Positions 35,665 through 47,529 of a DNA stretch of 64,000 nt are shown here, piece after piece. The position numbers were made by a program, and so were the translations under genes. This DNA is from Cyanophora paradoxa CCMP329 (Eukaryota > Plantae > Glaucophyta): positions 62,001 to 126,000 of the forward strand of contig QPMI01000233.1 of the NCBI GenBank assembly GCA_004431415.1, in the 5' to 3' direction. Each line of letters begins with the position of its first letter. The first letter of the stretch is position 1. Under the pieces are notes generated by a model that saw only the letters and a list, made by a program, of their open reading frames with translations, made no database searches and was not told the origin of the DNA.

Positions 35665-38600
35665 ATGCGACTGATGCCTAGCGGTACGCTAGTTCGTTTT
35701 GAGGCTCGGGAAGCGCTCGCTGAGCTGGCAGTCCCAGGCTCGCCCGCCGCGCTTGAGCCCGAGGGCCCAGCGTCGGAATTCGGTGACGAGGCGGAGGCGA
35801 TCCTAAAAGCATACTTCAAGGCGGAAGACGAACTCTTCGACCTCGTCTCCAGGAACCTGGGCAAAACGGTCCACAGCCCGGACCACGCGGTGCGTGGGCG
35901 TGCGGCGCTGTGCTTGGCCTCGGACGAGGTTTTAGAGGCCGTTTTCAAAGCCCTAACCGCGCGCGGTGGGCACAGGAGCTCCAGACCGCCAGCAGGGCGC
36001 TCCGAAACCGGAGGCGCATCCCTCGCCTTCCGCTCGTCCAGGTTCTCGATGCGCCAACCCAGGAAGAGTTCCGAGAGAAGGTGCAGGCCTCCCGCGCGCC
36101 GCGCGCCGCCCGCTCGGGCCTCATGCACTTCCGCAGTGCCTCCGCACCAATGAGCCAGCGGTCCTGCGGAACTCAGTACAAGTGGGCGACCGCGATATAT
36201 GGACTCCTCAGTACTTCCATAAACAAGTCGCGGCTGGAGCCTGCAGCGCCGCGGTCCAAATCCGGGACCTGCTCACTATGCGGGACCGCGAGGACCACCT
36301 AGCGTCCTTCCTGCTCGGTCTCCTCCGGTGCGAACCTCTTCTTTGTGCAGTATAGACCTTCTAAGTCCATAGACTGCGCTCTCGCCTCATCCCTGGGGCA
36401 ACTTCGCCAATCAAGCAGTTACCTGGCTGGCGGCAGCCTCCGCTAGCCCGCGCAGGCGATGCGGTCCTACGAAACAGTTTAGATATGCGTTTTGACCGCT
36501 TTTATGGCCCCGCAGAGGCCCAGAGGCTGCCGAGGACCGGCTTGAGTACCTTGCCGACTTCCGGGCTGACCAGCACCGGCCGGACTTGCACAAGGACATC
36601 AAACTCCCATCGTATCTGTCTGCCGAAGAGTGCGCACGCATGCGCCGTCGGATCCGCGCCCTTTGCGCCCGAAGTCCGCCCGCCCGTTAACCTCGCCTAT
36701 TCAGTCCTGGAGACTTGTTCGCATGGGTCGGCTCCAACGCGGCCGTTCACGAGCTCATGTACATCGGCGGTCGCTGCTCTTTCACCGGCCTGCACCTCGA
36801 CGCCTGCAACGTGCGGCGCCGTTCAAAGCGTCTGCGCCCCGGCTCACATGCGCGCCTTGCAGACGTGGGCGTGGAACTACGCACCGTACGCCGAGGGCGG
36901 CAAGTTCTTCATGATTTGGCCCGCGGACAAGGTTCGCAACCTGCCGCGCGGCTTTTTCCCTCGGATCGAATTGTCGCGCAGACGCCCATCCTGCGGGAGC
37001 TCAGCCAGTTCCGCGATGAGCTGTACAAGCGGCCACCGTCGTACATTCCTCTCGAGGCGTTCCTCGCCGCGGGCGTCGTCCCGAAGATCTGCCTCCAGCG
37101 TGAGAACGAGACGGTCGTCATCCCCGGCGGATGCGCGCACCAGGTTCTTAACCTGGTGCGCCGCCGCTCCCGGTTGCTTTGAACTCTTTCCGCTGCGATC
37201 TGACGCCGCGCAGGGCCGGTCGGTCGCGATTGCCGCCGATTTTCTCCCCGTCGAGACCCTGGGCGCCGCGTTTAGCCAGATGCAGGTGCGGCCGCCGGCC
37301 GCCGGCCGCCCTGCGTTCTTTCGTCGCCTTAACATCGTTCGTTCGCGCAGATGGACCGCGTTCTCTTCCGCTCCGCGCACTCGCTCTTCGCCATCAAGAA
37401 GATGGTGTGGAGCTTCATCAACGGCCTCCTGGCTCGCTACGGGGAGCTCGCGGCGCGTCCGCAGCCCGCCGAGAACGAGGCCGCCGAGCGCGCCGAGCTG
37501 CTCTACCGCTGCCGCCACGCGCGCTCCGTCCTCAGCCAGATCATCGCTGAAGAAGGTCCGCGCGGCCCCTCCCTTCTCTTTCCTCTCTTCTTCTCCTTTT
37601 CTCCGCTGACGGCCCTGCAGGCGAGGCGGGCGCGTACCTCATCCCGGACTGGGAGAGGCACGTCGAGACGCTCGAGCGGCGGCTCGCGGGCGGAGAGGCG
37701 CCGTCCGAGGCCGGGCCCTCGTCGTCCCACGGCGGCCCTTCGTCGATGATGATGAGCCGGGCGGTCCGTGAGGACACGGACGGCGAGCGCCTGCTCTGCA
37801 ACGTCTGCGAGACCGAGATCTTCAACTGCCACGTCCACTGCCTCGACTGCGACGAGGAGAGCGCCGCCGGCGCCGGCGGCAGCCGCGCAAGGCCCTCCGC
37901 CCGGCGGCAGCTCGCCGCCTCGCACTCCGCGGCCACCCCGGCGCTCGTCGTCCAGCCCGCCGACCCTGCGGATGCCGGCGCCGAGGCCCCCGCGCCGGGC
38001 CCGGACCCCGTCCCGTCGCCCGCCAAGACCGAGCCGGAGGCGCCGGGCCCCGACCCGACGCCCTCGAAGCCGCCGCCGCCGGCGCCCTTCACCGACGCCG
38101 CTTCGATGGATCTCGGCCAGCCGCAGCCTCTGCCGCAGCCGCAGCCGCTCCCGATGCCGCCGCTTGACGCGGCCCAGGCCCCTGACTCCATCATGCCGCC
38201 CCTGCCGGCGCCAGCGCCCGCGCCGGTGCCGGCGCCGGACGCGGCGCGCGTGGCGACGGCGGCGGCGAGCGAGCCGCCGGTGGACCGCATGGAGTGGGAG
38301 CCGGAGTGCGCCCGGGCGCCCGAGCACGACGCGGAGGAGGCGCCGGGCGCGGACCGCGCCGGCGACGAGGAGGAGGAGCGGACCTCCTGGCGGGGCGCCG
38401 AGCCCGTCGACATGTGCCTGCAGTGCTACCGCTGCCAGGAGGTCCCCGAGGTCCGGGATCGAATCCCGGCGTGCCACGCCCCGCACCACCGGCCCGTCTT
38501 CCGCGCCCGCATGCCCGCCTCCCGCCTCCTGTCGACCGCCTCCGCCCTCGCCGCCGCCACGTCCTCCCTCGAGCACGCCGGCCCCGCGGGGCCCCTCCCG

Positions 38601-41600
38601 CCCCTCCCCGCCGGCTGCGAGGAGACCCGCCCCTGGGTCAAGTACCCCGGCGCCCGGGACGAGGCGGAGCTGACGCGGGCGCTGCTGGAGGCGGCCGGCC
38701 CGCTCCCGGCGCCGCAGCCGCGCGAGGGCGGCGAGTTCAAGGTCCGGCGGGGCCGCCGCGGGGCCGAGGAGCCGCTCGAGGAGGAGGACGGCCGCCTGGA
38801 GGCGCTCGGCGAGGGCCTCTCGCAGCTGGACCCGGCCTCCCTCCGCGCCGCCCTCCGCGACGTCCCCGACGAGACCCTCTCTCGTCTCCGGCCCGTGCGT
38901 CGCCCTCGGCCCTCCTGAGCCCTCCCACCCGCCCGCCCGCCTGCTCGCTCGGCTGAGCCAGCCTCCGTTCGCAGAGGCAGCTGTGCCGGATCCTGTACGT
39001 GCTGACGCGCCGGGACTACGCGTCGGCGCGCATGGCGACCTCCCGCCTCACCTCCCGCATCCGCGACGTCGTCGGCCGCCTGCGCCGCGTCAAGCCCCGT
39101 GCGCTGCGCCTCGCCTTCCCTAAGCAGAGGCGCGCGCCCCGCTCACTCGCGCCCGCCCCTTTCTTTAGCGGCGTCCCCGAGCCACGCGGCGGCGCCCACG
39201 CACTCGCCGCGGGCGCCGCGCCCCGACGCGTACCGGAGCGGCCTGCTCCCCATCTGTGCGCCCCTCGCCCCTCGCCGGCCCGCCCCGGGCGCCCCTCACG
39301 CGGCCGCAGCGGATCTCTCGCGGACCAACTCTGGGGACGACGAGTCGGCGCCGCGCGGCGAGGGCCGCAAGCGGAAGCACGCCGGCGACTCGGACGGGGG
39401 GTCGAGGCTGCCCGGCCAGCGGCGGCGGCCCGACGGGCGCGAGGACGACCTCGAGTGGGTCCCCGGCCGCTCGAACTCGCCCTCGGGCGCCGCCGCCGTC
39501 GCCAACCGCGCCCGCCGCCAAGGTCCGCCCGCCCGCCCCTCGGCGCCCTCCTCCGGCCGCGCGGCTGACCCGGCGCGCAGCGGGCGCGGGGCGGCCCGGG
39601 AGCGCGGGGGCGGCGGCGGCGGACGCGGCGAGCGAGGCGCAGAGCGTGCGGATGTACGACAAGCGCGGCGAGCTCCTGGCGGCCATCCACGCCTCCCCGG
39701 AGTTCGTCGCCCGCCCCCACATCTACCTCCGCGGCAAGAGTGCGCCCCCTTCTCCTACCCGCTCGCCTCCTCTGCCATTCTGACGCGGCGGCCGGCAGAC
39801 AACCTGACGAACTGCACCTTCTCGCACCTGGCGGAGCTTGCCTACGCGCTGGGCATCGAGCTGGAGGTCGTCTGGCCGTCCCTCGCCCAGCGCTTCCCGC
39901 GCTCCATCTTCGGCTCGGCGGTCTTCGATGGCTCTCCGGCGCCGGCGCCGCACGCGCGCCGCGGGAACACCTCCCGGGGCCGGCCCGCCAACGGCGGCGG
40001 CAGCGGCGGCTCGGACCGCAACAACGGGTGGCTGGACGGGCCCTCGCGCGGCGGCGACGGCGACGCCGACGACGACGGCGCCGGCACCGAGGACCTCGAG
40101 GACCTCGCGGTACCCCCCGCCCCGCCCCTGCTTCTTCGTTCGCGTACCCCGGAGGCCTGACTTCGAGGGGGGCAGGACCTGGGCGGGGACGACGACGACG
40201 ACGGGGGCGAGATCGAGGAGCTGGTGGCCGACGGCGAGGTGACGGACGAGGAGGGGCCCGGCGCAGGCGCCGCCGGCGCCGGCGCCGCCAACGAGGAGGA
40301 CGAGGAGCCGGCGCCCCTCGCCGACGAGGTGGCCGCCCGCGTCGCGCCGCCCCGCGCCGAGGGTCGCCGCGCCCCGCCGGCGCGCTCCGCCGTCCCTCCC
40401 CGCCGCCGCGCCGCCACCGCCGAGGAGCGCGTCTTCGACGACGTCAGCTTCCGCAGCGTCGCCGCAATGAAGTCGGTGCGCGCCGCCTGCTCCCGCCCGC
40501 CGCCCGCCCGCCGGTGCTCACCGCCGGCCGCCCCTGCAGGTCATTGCGGCGCTGCGGGCGCACCCGGACTACAAGCCGCGCGAGCGGGAGATCCTCACGT
40601 GGGGCGGCCGCGTCTACTGCGGCGTGGGCAGCCTGCCGCGCGCGCGCGTGCTGGCGGCCGCGGCGCGCCTCGCGATCGACGTGCGGGAGTGGGTCCAGTA
40701 CGACCCGGCCGTCATCCCGCCGGCGCGCCTGGCGGAGCTCACGGCCGCCGTCGCGGGGCTCTCCCGCGGCCCTCCGCCTCCTCCGGCGGCGGCTCGAGCC
40801 ACAGCCACGGCCACAGCCACAGCCACAGCCACAGCCACAGCCAGCACCACGGCCACCCGCCCGCCCCGCCCCGGCCCACTTCGCCGCGCCCGCCCCCGCC
40901 GCCCGCCTCCTCATCGACGACGACCCGCCCGCCCCGGGCACCGCTGGCGAGGAGTACGCCCCCGGCGCCGACGGCGCCGGCTCGGCGCCCGCCGCCGACG
41001 CCCCGGAGGGCTCGGAGCTCTCCCTTCCCCGGCCAAGCGCCCCAAGCGTGCGTGCCCTCGATCGGGCGCCGCCGCCGCCGCCGCCGCCGCCGCTGATCGC
41101 ATGTCGTCGTCGCAGTGCGCGACGGCGGGCTCCTGGTCGAGGTACCCGTCCCCGGCGCCGGCGGCGCGCCCTCCTCCGCGACCGGCGCGGCGGCGCCGTC
41201 GCCCGCGGCGCCCGTGCCGACGCCAGCGCCCCTTCTGTCGCACGGGCTCCTGCCGGGGCAGCCGCCCGCCGCCATCCCGTCGCCCTCGTCCGAGTTCGAC
41301 GCGGGGCTTCTCTTCCGTATGGCGGCGGCGGCCGCCGCCGCGCGCTCCCCGTCGGATGATCCCGAGGGCGAGGGCGACCCGGCGGCCGGCGGCCTCCTCG
41401 GCGCCGCGGCCCCCGCCCCGCAGATCTACACCGTCTCGCAGGACCTCGAGCGTGCGTCCGTCGGCCGGCGCTCCGCTCTGAATTCTGAGCGCGCGCTGAG
41501 ATCGTGTCCTGGCGCCGCAGGCATGACGGTGGCGGCCCTGCGGAAGAAGCTCGGGGCGCACCCGGAGTGGATTGCGGACCACACGGCGGCGCGCTCGGCG

Positions 41601-43782
41601 GGCGCGGCGGCGGTGTACCGCGTGCCGGACTGCCGCGGGCACCCGAACAACCACGCGAAGCTCGAGATCATCGCCGTCATCCGCGCCTACGACGACATCC
41701 TCAGGGCCTCGGGGGCCCCCATCGTGATGGACCCCGAGGAGTTCGGGCGCCCCGCCCCGCCGCCGCCCCCGGAGCGCTTCGCCGCACCCAAGCGCGAGCT
41801 CGCCGACAGCGGCGGCTCCGGCAGCGAGGGCCCCGCCGGCCCCGCCCTCCCCAGCGCCATCGCCCGCTCCCGCTCCAAGGGGGCCGCGGCCGTGGAGGGC
41901 GCCTCGCCGCGCCCGCCGGCGAACCGCACGCCGCGCACCTCCGCCGGCGGCGGCGGGCCCTCCACCTCCTCCACCACCGGCGGCAGCGCGCCCGTCTCGC
42001 CCAGCGACGCCCACTCGGCCTCGGCGGCCGCCTCCGCAGCGGCGGCGGCGGCAGCAGCAGCGGCGGCGGCGGCGGCCGCCTCGTCGGGCGCGTCGACGCC
42101 GGGAGGGTCCGTCAAGGCGAGCCGCTCGATCCGCTCGCTGGGGCGCAACTCGGCGATGGACGAGGAGGAGAAGTACCTCATCGTCAAGGAGAAGGCCATC
42201 GTCATGGTGCGCCGCCTTCCGCCGCCGCCGCCGCCGCCGCTCCCGCCTCGCCTCGTCTCCTGCTGCGCCTGTCTTGAGCGGTGCGGCGCAGGGCCCGAAC
42301 CGGATGGACGCGACGGAGCTGGGCGAGCTGATCCGCGGCAACCGCGTCTACAAGCTGGACCTGAAGCAGCCGGACGCCGCCTCTCGCCGCTCCCGCCTCG
42401 CCGACGTGCGCCCCGCCCCACCTCGCCCCCACCTCGCCCAGCCAAAGCGGATCCGAAAGGTTTCTGACCTCGCGCTCGCTCGCGCCCGCGCCCCGCAGAT
42501 GAACGTGGCGAAGCTGTCGCTGGGCGAGCTGCGGCGCCTCGCGACGGACTTCATGCGGCTCGAGGACGAGCTGGACGCCGAGGTGGCCCGCCTGGAGGCC
42601 GCCGCCGCCTCCTCGGGAGGGTCCCTGGAGACGCCCCGCGGCCCCGCGCCCGAGCAGCCGCAGCCGGGCCCTGCGGAGAGGCTGCAACAGCCGGCGGCGG
42701 CGGGGCCGGCAGCGCCCGCACCGGCACTGGCGCCGGCGCCCGCATCGGCCGCGCCCTCGGAGAACGGCGCGCCGGCCGCGGGGCCGCAGGGGGCGGAGGC
42801 GGTGAAGGTAAAGGAGGAGCCGCTGGCGCCAATGGACATCGACGCGAAGCCGGCGCCGGCGCCGTCCGCCGCGCCGGCGGCACCAGCGGCCGCGGCGTCG
42901 TCCGCTGCGGCGCCGGCGGCAGCAGTGAAGGAGGAGGGCGCGGCGCCGGCGCCGGCGCCGGCGGCAGCGGCGGCTGCAGCAGCTCCTGCGGAGGCGCCGG
43001 GAGCGACGGCGAACCTGCGGACAGCGCGCGCCAACTCGACGGCCGAGTCGGAGGCGAGCGACGCGGCGACGGCCGGCGCCTCGCCGCTGCCGACCGTGGG
43101 GCGGGACCCGCAGCTCCCGCCGGCGCCGCCCCGCGACGAGAAGCGGCCGGCGGCGGCGAAGGGCCAGAAGGGCGGCCTGCTGGAGCTGGAGACGGAGGGG
43201 ATCGCCCTCCTCTTCTCGCTCAAGACGGGCATGACGAGCCCGTCCTACTCCGCCACCCCCTCGCCCCACACGGGGCCCGCCGCCGCGCCCCTGCCGCCCG
43301 CCGCGGCGGATGCCTGGGGCGGCCTGCCGCCCTCCCGCTTCGCTCCCGGGAGCTCCCCGCTGGCGCGCTCGGCGTCGGGCTCCGGGGCGCGGCAGGGGGC
43401 GCCCGAGGTGTACGCGATGGAGTCGGGCGAGCGGGCGGCGTACCGGCGGGCGCTGGTGCAGGCGGTCATGGACGAGCCGCGCAACGAGCTGCCCATCGAG
43501 CGGCTCAAGAAGATGCGCACCGACCTGCTGCGCGACCATGCGGCCTCCCTCGGGATCTCCATCCCCGCACCGCCCGGCCCGCCCTCCGCCTCCGCCACGC
43601 CCTCCCCGGCCTTCAGCCCCTGCCCGTCGCCCCCGCCCCCGCAGCCCCTGCCGGGCTCCGCCGTCCCCGTCCGAGCCGGGGGTCACGAGCGGGCGCGGGA
43701 CGGGCCGCGGGACCTGCTCCTGCCCCTGCCGCCCTCCCACATCCTCCCGCAGGCCTCCCAGTCCCCCCTCCTCGGGCTCTGA
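35665..43782 (+). CDS. Large JmjC-domain (2OG/Fe(II)) putative histone demethylase with Cys-rich zinc finger and long low-complexity C-terminus
   Basis: NEPAVLRN..WTPQYF, MYIGGRCSFTGLHLD (HxD), KFFMIWP, QRENETVVIPGGCAHQVLNL|GRSVAIAADF (distal His), then CNVCETEIFNCHVHCLDC. Splicing can be followed to TGA 43780-43782. The start codon, and whether this is a single gene, are less certain. Confidence 0.8.
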
Positions 43783-44400
43783 CCCGCCCCCCGGCCCCAC
43801 CCTCCCCTTTCATTATTTTCCCGAACCGGCCGCGCGCGCGAGAGCGGTTCTTCTGGCGGCGTAGGCGCGGCCCTCGGCCAGTCCGCAGCCCTCGCGCGCC
43901 CTGTTTCCGTCCGGCGCGGCGGGCCCCCCCCCCCCGCTGGACTTCAAGTTAGATGTACTCTGCATCGTAGGTCTGTATGTAGCGGGTTCGCAAGTGGGTC
44001 ATCGCGGGTGAATATACGGCTCTTTTAACTAGCAGACCGCGCCCGGCCCTGTGCAAGTGCGGCAAGTGCGGCCGGGCGCCGGCGCGCGAGGCAGCCTGGC
44101 AGGCGGGGTGGTGAGGCGGGTGGCGGCGCACCAGGCGCCGGCGGGCGGGCAGGCGAGCCCGGCGGCCTAGCTATAGGCCTCGCCGACGAATTCGAAGCTG
44201 ATCATCGGATCATGATTTATGAGATGAGACGTCGACCCTGCAGCTGATCATGAGGAACTCGGAAGATCCATATTAGCTTCGGAGTCAAAAGAAGTTCGAT
44301 TCTGTTCGAACGTACCCGGGAAATTTTAAAGCTTCACGCGATTCAACCCTCCTCCATTCCAAGTTCCAACTTTGAACCCGCGCGGTCCCGCGAGAACTTT

Positions 44401-44558
44401 GAAAACACCGTGCTAAGAGGCTGCCATTGCAGAATTTGTAGCCTGCCAATTTGTGCCAAATTGCCATGCCTGCCATTCGAATTCAAAATCAAATTCGAAT
44501 TCTCGAGTACCGGTACCATTTTCTTCCGGTACCGGAAGCCTCTTAGCACTGTGTTTTC
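44401..44558. mobile_element. MITE-like 158-bp element / inverted repeat (22-bp arms, 1 mismatch)
   Basis: GAAAACACCGTGCTAAGAGGCT (44401-44422) and AGCCTCTTAGCACTGTGTTTTC (44537-44558) are reverse complements. No clear TSD. Confidence 0.45.
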
Positions 44559-44608
44559 GCGGGGTATCGAATCGTTGCGGGTAGGAATCGAACCGGCAAC
44601 CCTACCCT

Positions 44609-44822
44609 CGGGACTCGGGAGTCGGGACTCGGGACTCGGGAGTCGGGGCCGGGCCGGGCCCGGCCCCGGCGGGCCCGGGCGGGGGCCCGGCCGGCGCCGC
44701 CGCGCGGCCCCGGCGGGCCCGGGCGGCCGCGGCGGCCCGGCCCGGCGGCGGGGGCGGCCGGCGGGGCCCGGGGGCCGGCGGGGCCGGCCGCCGCCGCCCG
44801 CCGGGGCCCGGGCGGCCGGGCC
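44609..44822. repeat. (TCGGGA[C/G])x5 heptamer repeat followed by a 179-nt tract containing only G and C
   Basis: 44644-44822 has no A or T. Confidence 0.9.
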
Positions 44823-45457
44823 TCGGCAATGTCGGCATGCGGTGCCATGCGCAGGCTCGGCACTGAGTCGGCACTGACTCGGCAGCCTCGGCGCCGAGTC
44901 CGCCGACTCGCCGCCGAGTCGACGACGACTCGACGTCCCTGCTTTCAAGTTTCTTATGTGAAGTTATAATTACCGGTATGTCTGGGGGTCTGGGCCGTCT
45001 GGCCCCCGTCTGGGGGCTGGCAGTGCCTGGCACTGCGGCACTGCCGCAGTGCGCAGTGCGCACTGCCGCAGTGCAGCACTGCAGCAGCCGCTGAGCAGCC
45101 GCCGCTGAGGCTGCTGAGCCTGCACTGCCCTGCATGCGCAGTGCAGCCCGGCCTTTCGCCGAGTCGCAATAGTACTGCCGGTACTAGGCTTAGTAGGCTA
45201 GTGCATGCCATGATGCATATCAGCAGCATATGATGCGCATGCGCACGCGCAACTTGGCAATTGCCAAGTTGCAAGTTGCGCCGCTGCTGCCGGGCCGCAT
45301 TTTGCGCGGAAATTGCGCCCCAGCTGCAGGCTGCAGCCTCCAGGGTCCAGGCCTGGCGCCTGACAGCAGCTCCAGCCGTATCATGGCATCGGTACCGGTG
45401 TCGGTATCGACGATCAGGATGAGAAGCACGTATATCAACAGCGGTCTCCGCCTGCGC

Positions 45458-47529
45458 ATGCAGCTGGCAGCAGCTGCAGCCGCCACGCTGCTTGGCGTCT
45501 TGGTTCTGGCTGTCGTGAATCCGGCGGCCGCGGAGTCATGCGGCGAGACGACGTTTACTCCGACCCAGACATTCCAAGTCGTCTCCGCTGCAGATAATAC
45601 GAAATGCTGGGAGGGCGAGAAGCAGAAATACGGCAGCTGGGCGTTTGTAAAGCTCGCCACGTGCAACGCAAGTGCGTGCCCCGCAACGGCGATTTGTATT
45701 TACATGTATGCATTGCAATGATATCGATCATGACTTCGGCCGCGGCATACGAATTCGAAGGTGTTCCCGCCCAGTTTTTCAACAGTTCCCTCGGCAATGT
45801 TTCAAACGGCATTCAAATGTACACTCTGTACTTTCCATCCGCTGGCGTCCCGTCGCAATATTCCGGCAAGCCCATTTTCTACTCCACTTTCACGGATTCG
45901 AACACCCAAGCTGTTACCGCGGTGGTGCGCACGCTTAAGCTTGCGAAATTGATCACACGACGTCAACTGGAATTTAACGTCGCCATTGACGCGTACGGTA
46001 TACGTATGTATACAGCTCGCGTTCGGCGGAGCGACCGGCGCCGGTTTTGCAGAGCAGGGCGACCAATTCGCGATCAACGTCACGGCGTCCGACACCGTTC
46101 GCATATCGTATCAGGGAACTGCTGCCTTGACAGCAGTCGCTCCAATCGCACCGCACACCTACAGCGGGGGATTAGCGGTCACATACGGTGCCGGTGGTGC
46201 AGCTGACAAGATTTGGTTGAAGGGCCTGGTTGAAAGTGCGTGCCACGGTGCCACGCGTACGGTAGCTATATATAGCTGGCGCTCTATAATATTATACGAC
46301 GAATGGTCTTGAACTGACGCGTGCGCACGTGCTTGAAACCAGCTGACCGCCAGTTCGAGTTCAAGTTCCTCTACAGCGATGGTACAGCGGCGAAGCTCCC
46401 AGTCGCTTGTCCGGTAGACTCTGAGATGTCGCTCCGCGCAAATTAACACTTTATAATAACACGATCACGTGTGAGTCGGACTCACACTTCCGGCGCTCAG
46501 ACCCCCAGCGCATCGCCGAGCCCAAGCCCTAGCCCATCGGCCACTGCTTCACCTAGCCCATCGGCAAATGCTTCACCGAGTCCTTCGCCCAGCCCTAGCC
46601 CATCGGAAAATGCCTCTCCCAGTCCCTCAACCGGCCCAACGGCAATCGCAAGCCCGTCGCCATCGAACAGCCCGTCCCCAAGCCCCGTGCCTCCACTGGT
46701 GAGAAAACGTAAACGTCTTGGTAATCATCCACTGTCACTGACGTCGACTGGCTAATTAAGCAGCCTGTATCAAACGTAACATTGAATATTGTCGAACTGA
46801 TTATCGAAGGCAAACTGGTGCGAGCACATGCATGCTGTCGCGCAACATATATACTTGACGACGCAATTGCAAATTTGCACAGTATACGTATACGTAGCTG
46901 ATCATGATTGATCGTAGTTTGACCTATCCGGAAGCAACGTCGACGTCAAAAGAACGACCGATCCGGTGCCAACGAACATGCATATGTTCCTGCATTCTCG
47001 CCCTCTCATCCCCCCTGGCCTTATATCAGGATGGAGCAAAGCGGATCACTGTAAGCGGTCTTGTTCTGTCGGCCCCTGCGGAGGTATATATCGTGGCATT
47101 TCTTGTGTTGATCATAATGTTTCCCGGCCCCGAAGCCGTGCAGTGAACGTTTAAATTCGCAAGCAATCAATTATATATATATATATTCCATAACATCCGA
47201 TGATCGCAGACCGGGAGCACGGATTTCGTGATCATCAAGGGCTCCAACCTGCCGGTAATGTCCGATTTTAAATTTTCAATGTCCGGCGATTTCTGCTTAC
47301 GACCATGATCGACATCACTGGCTGTTTTGTTTCCACATGTACATACGACAGGCTAATAAGCCGATCAAGGTGTACGTGGTCGACCCGAGAAACAACAGCA
47401 GAAAGATCGAGGCCCTTGAAGCGTCGGTACCCGACTCAACTACCTTGCGATTCAGTGCGCGCTTGGCAATGTTTTATATATATATTTATAGATATCAATG
47501 TCTGCTCAGCGGCTTGTCAATTCAAATGA
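45458..47529 (+). CDS. Putative secreted/cell-surface glycoprotein with Ser-Pro (extensin-like) linker; lower GC; possibly 3'-truncated
   Basis: Signal peptide MQLAAAAAATLLGVLVLAVVNPAAA-ES, beta-rich exons (45745-45925, 46015-46235), an (SP)n block at 46500-46700, then IPT/TIG-like fragments (FVIIKGSNLP, IKVYVV..VPDSTTLRF). Exon joins and ends are approximate. Confidence 0.6.

Noticed and set aside
167-43864. Hundreds of long Arg/Pro/Ala-rich ORFs in the six-frame track
   Set aside because: They are shadow or antisense frames produced by very high GC; the real genes are spliced and explain the regions.
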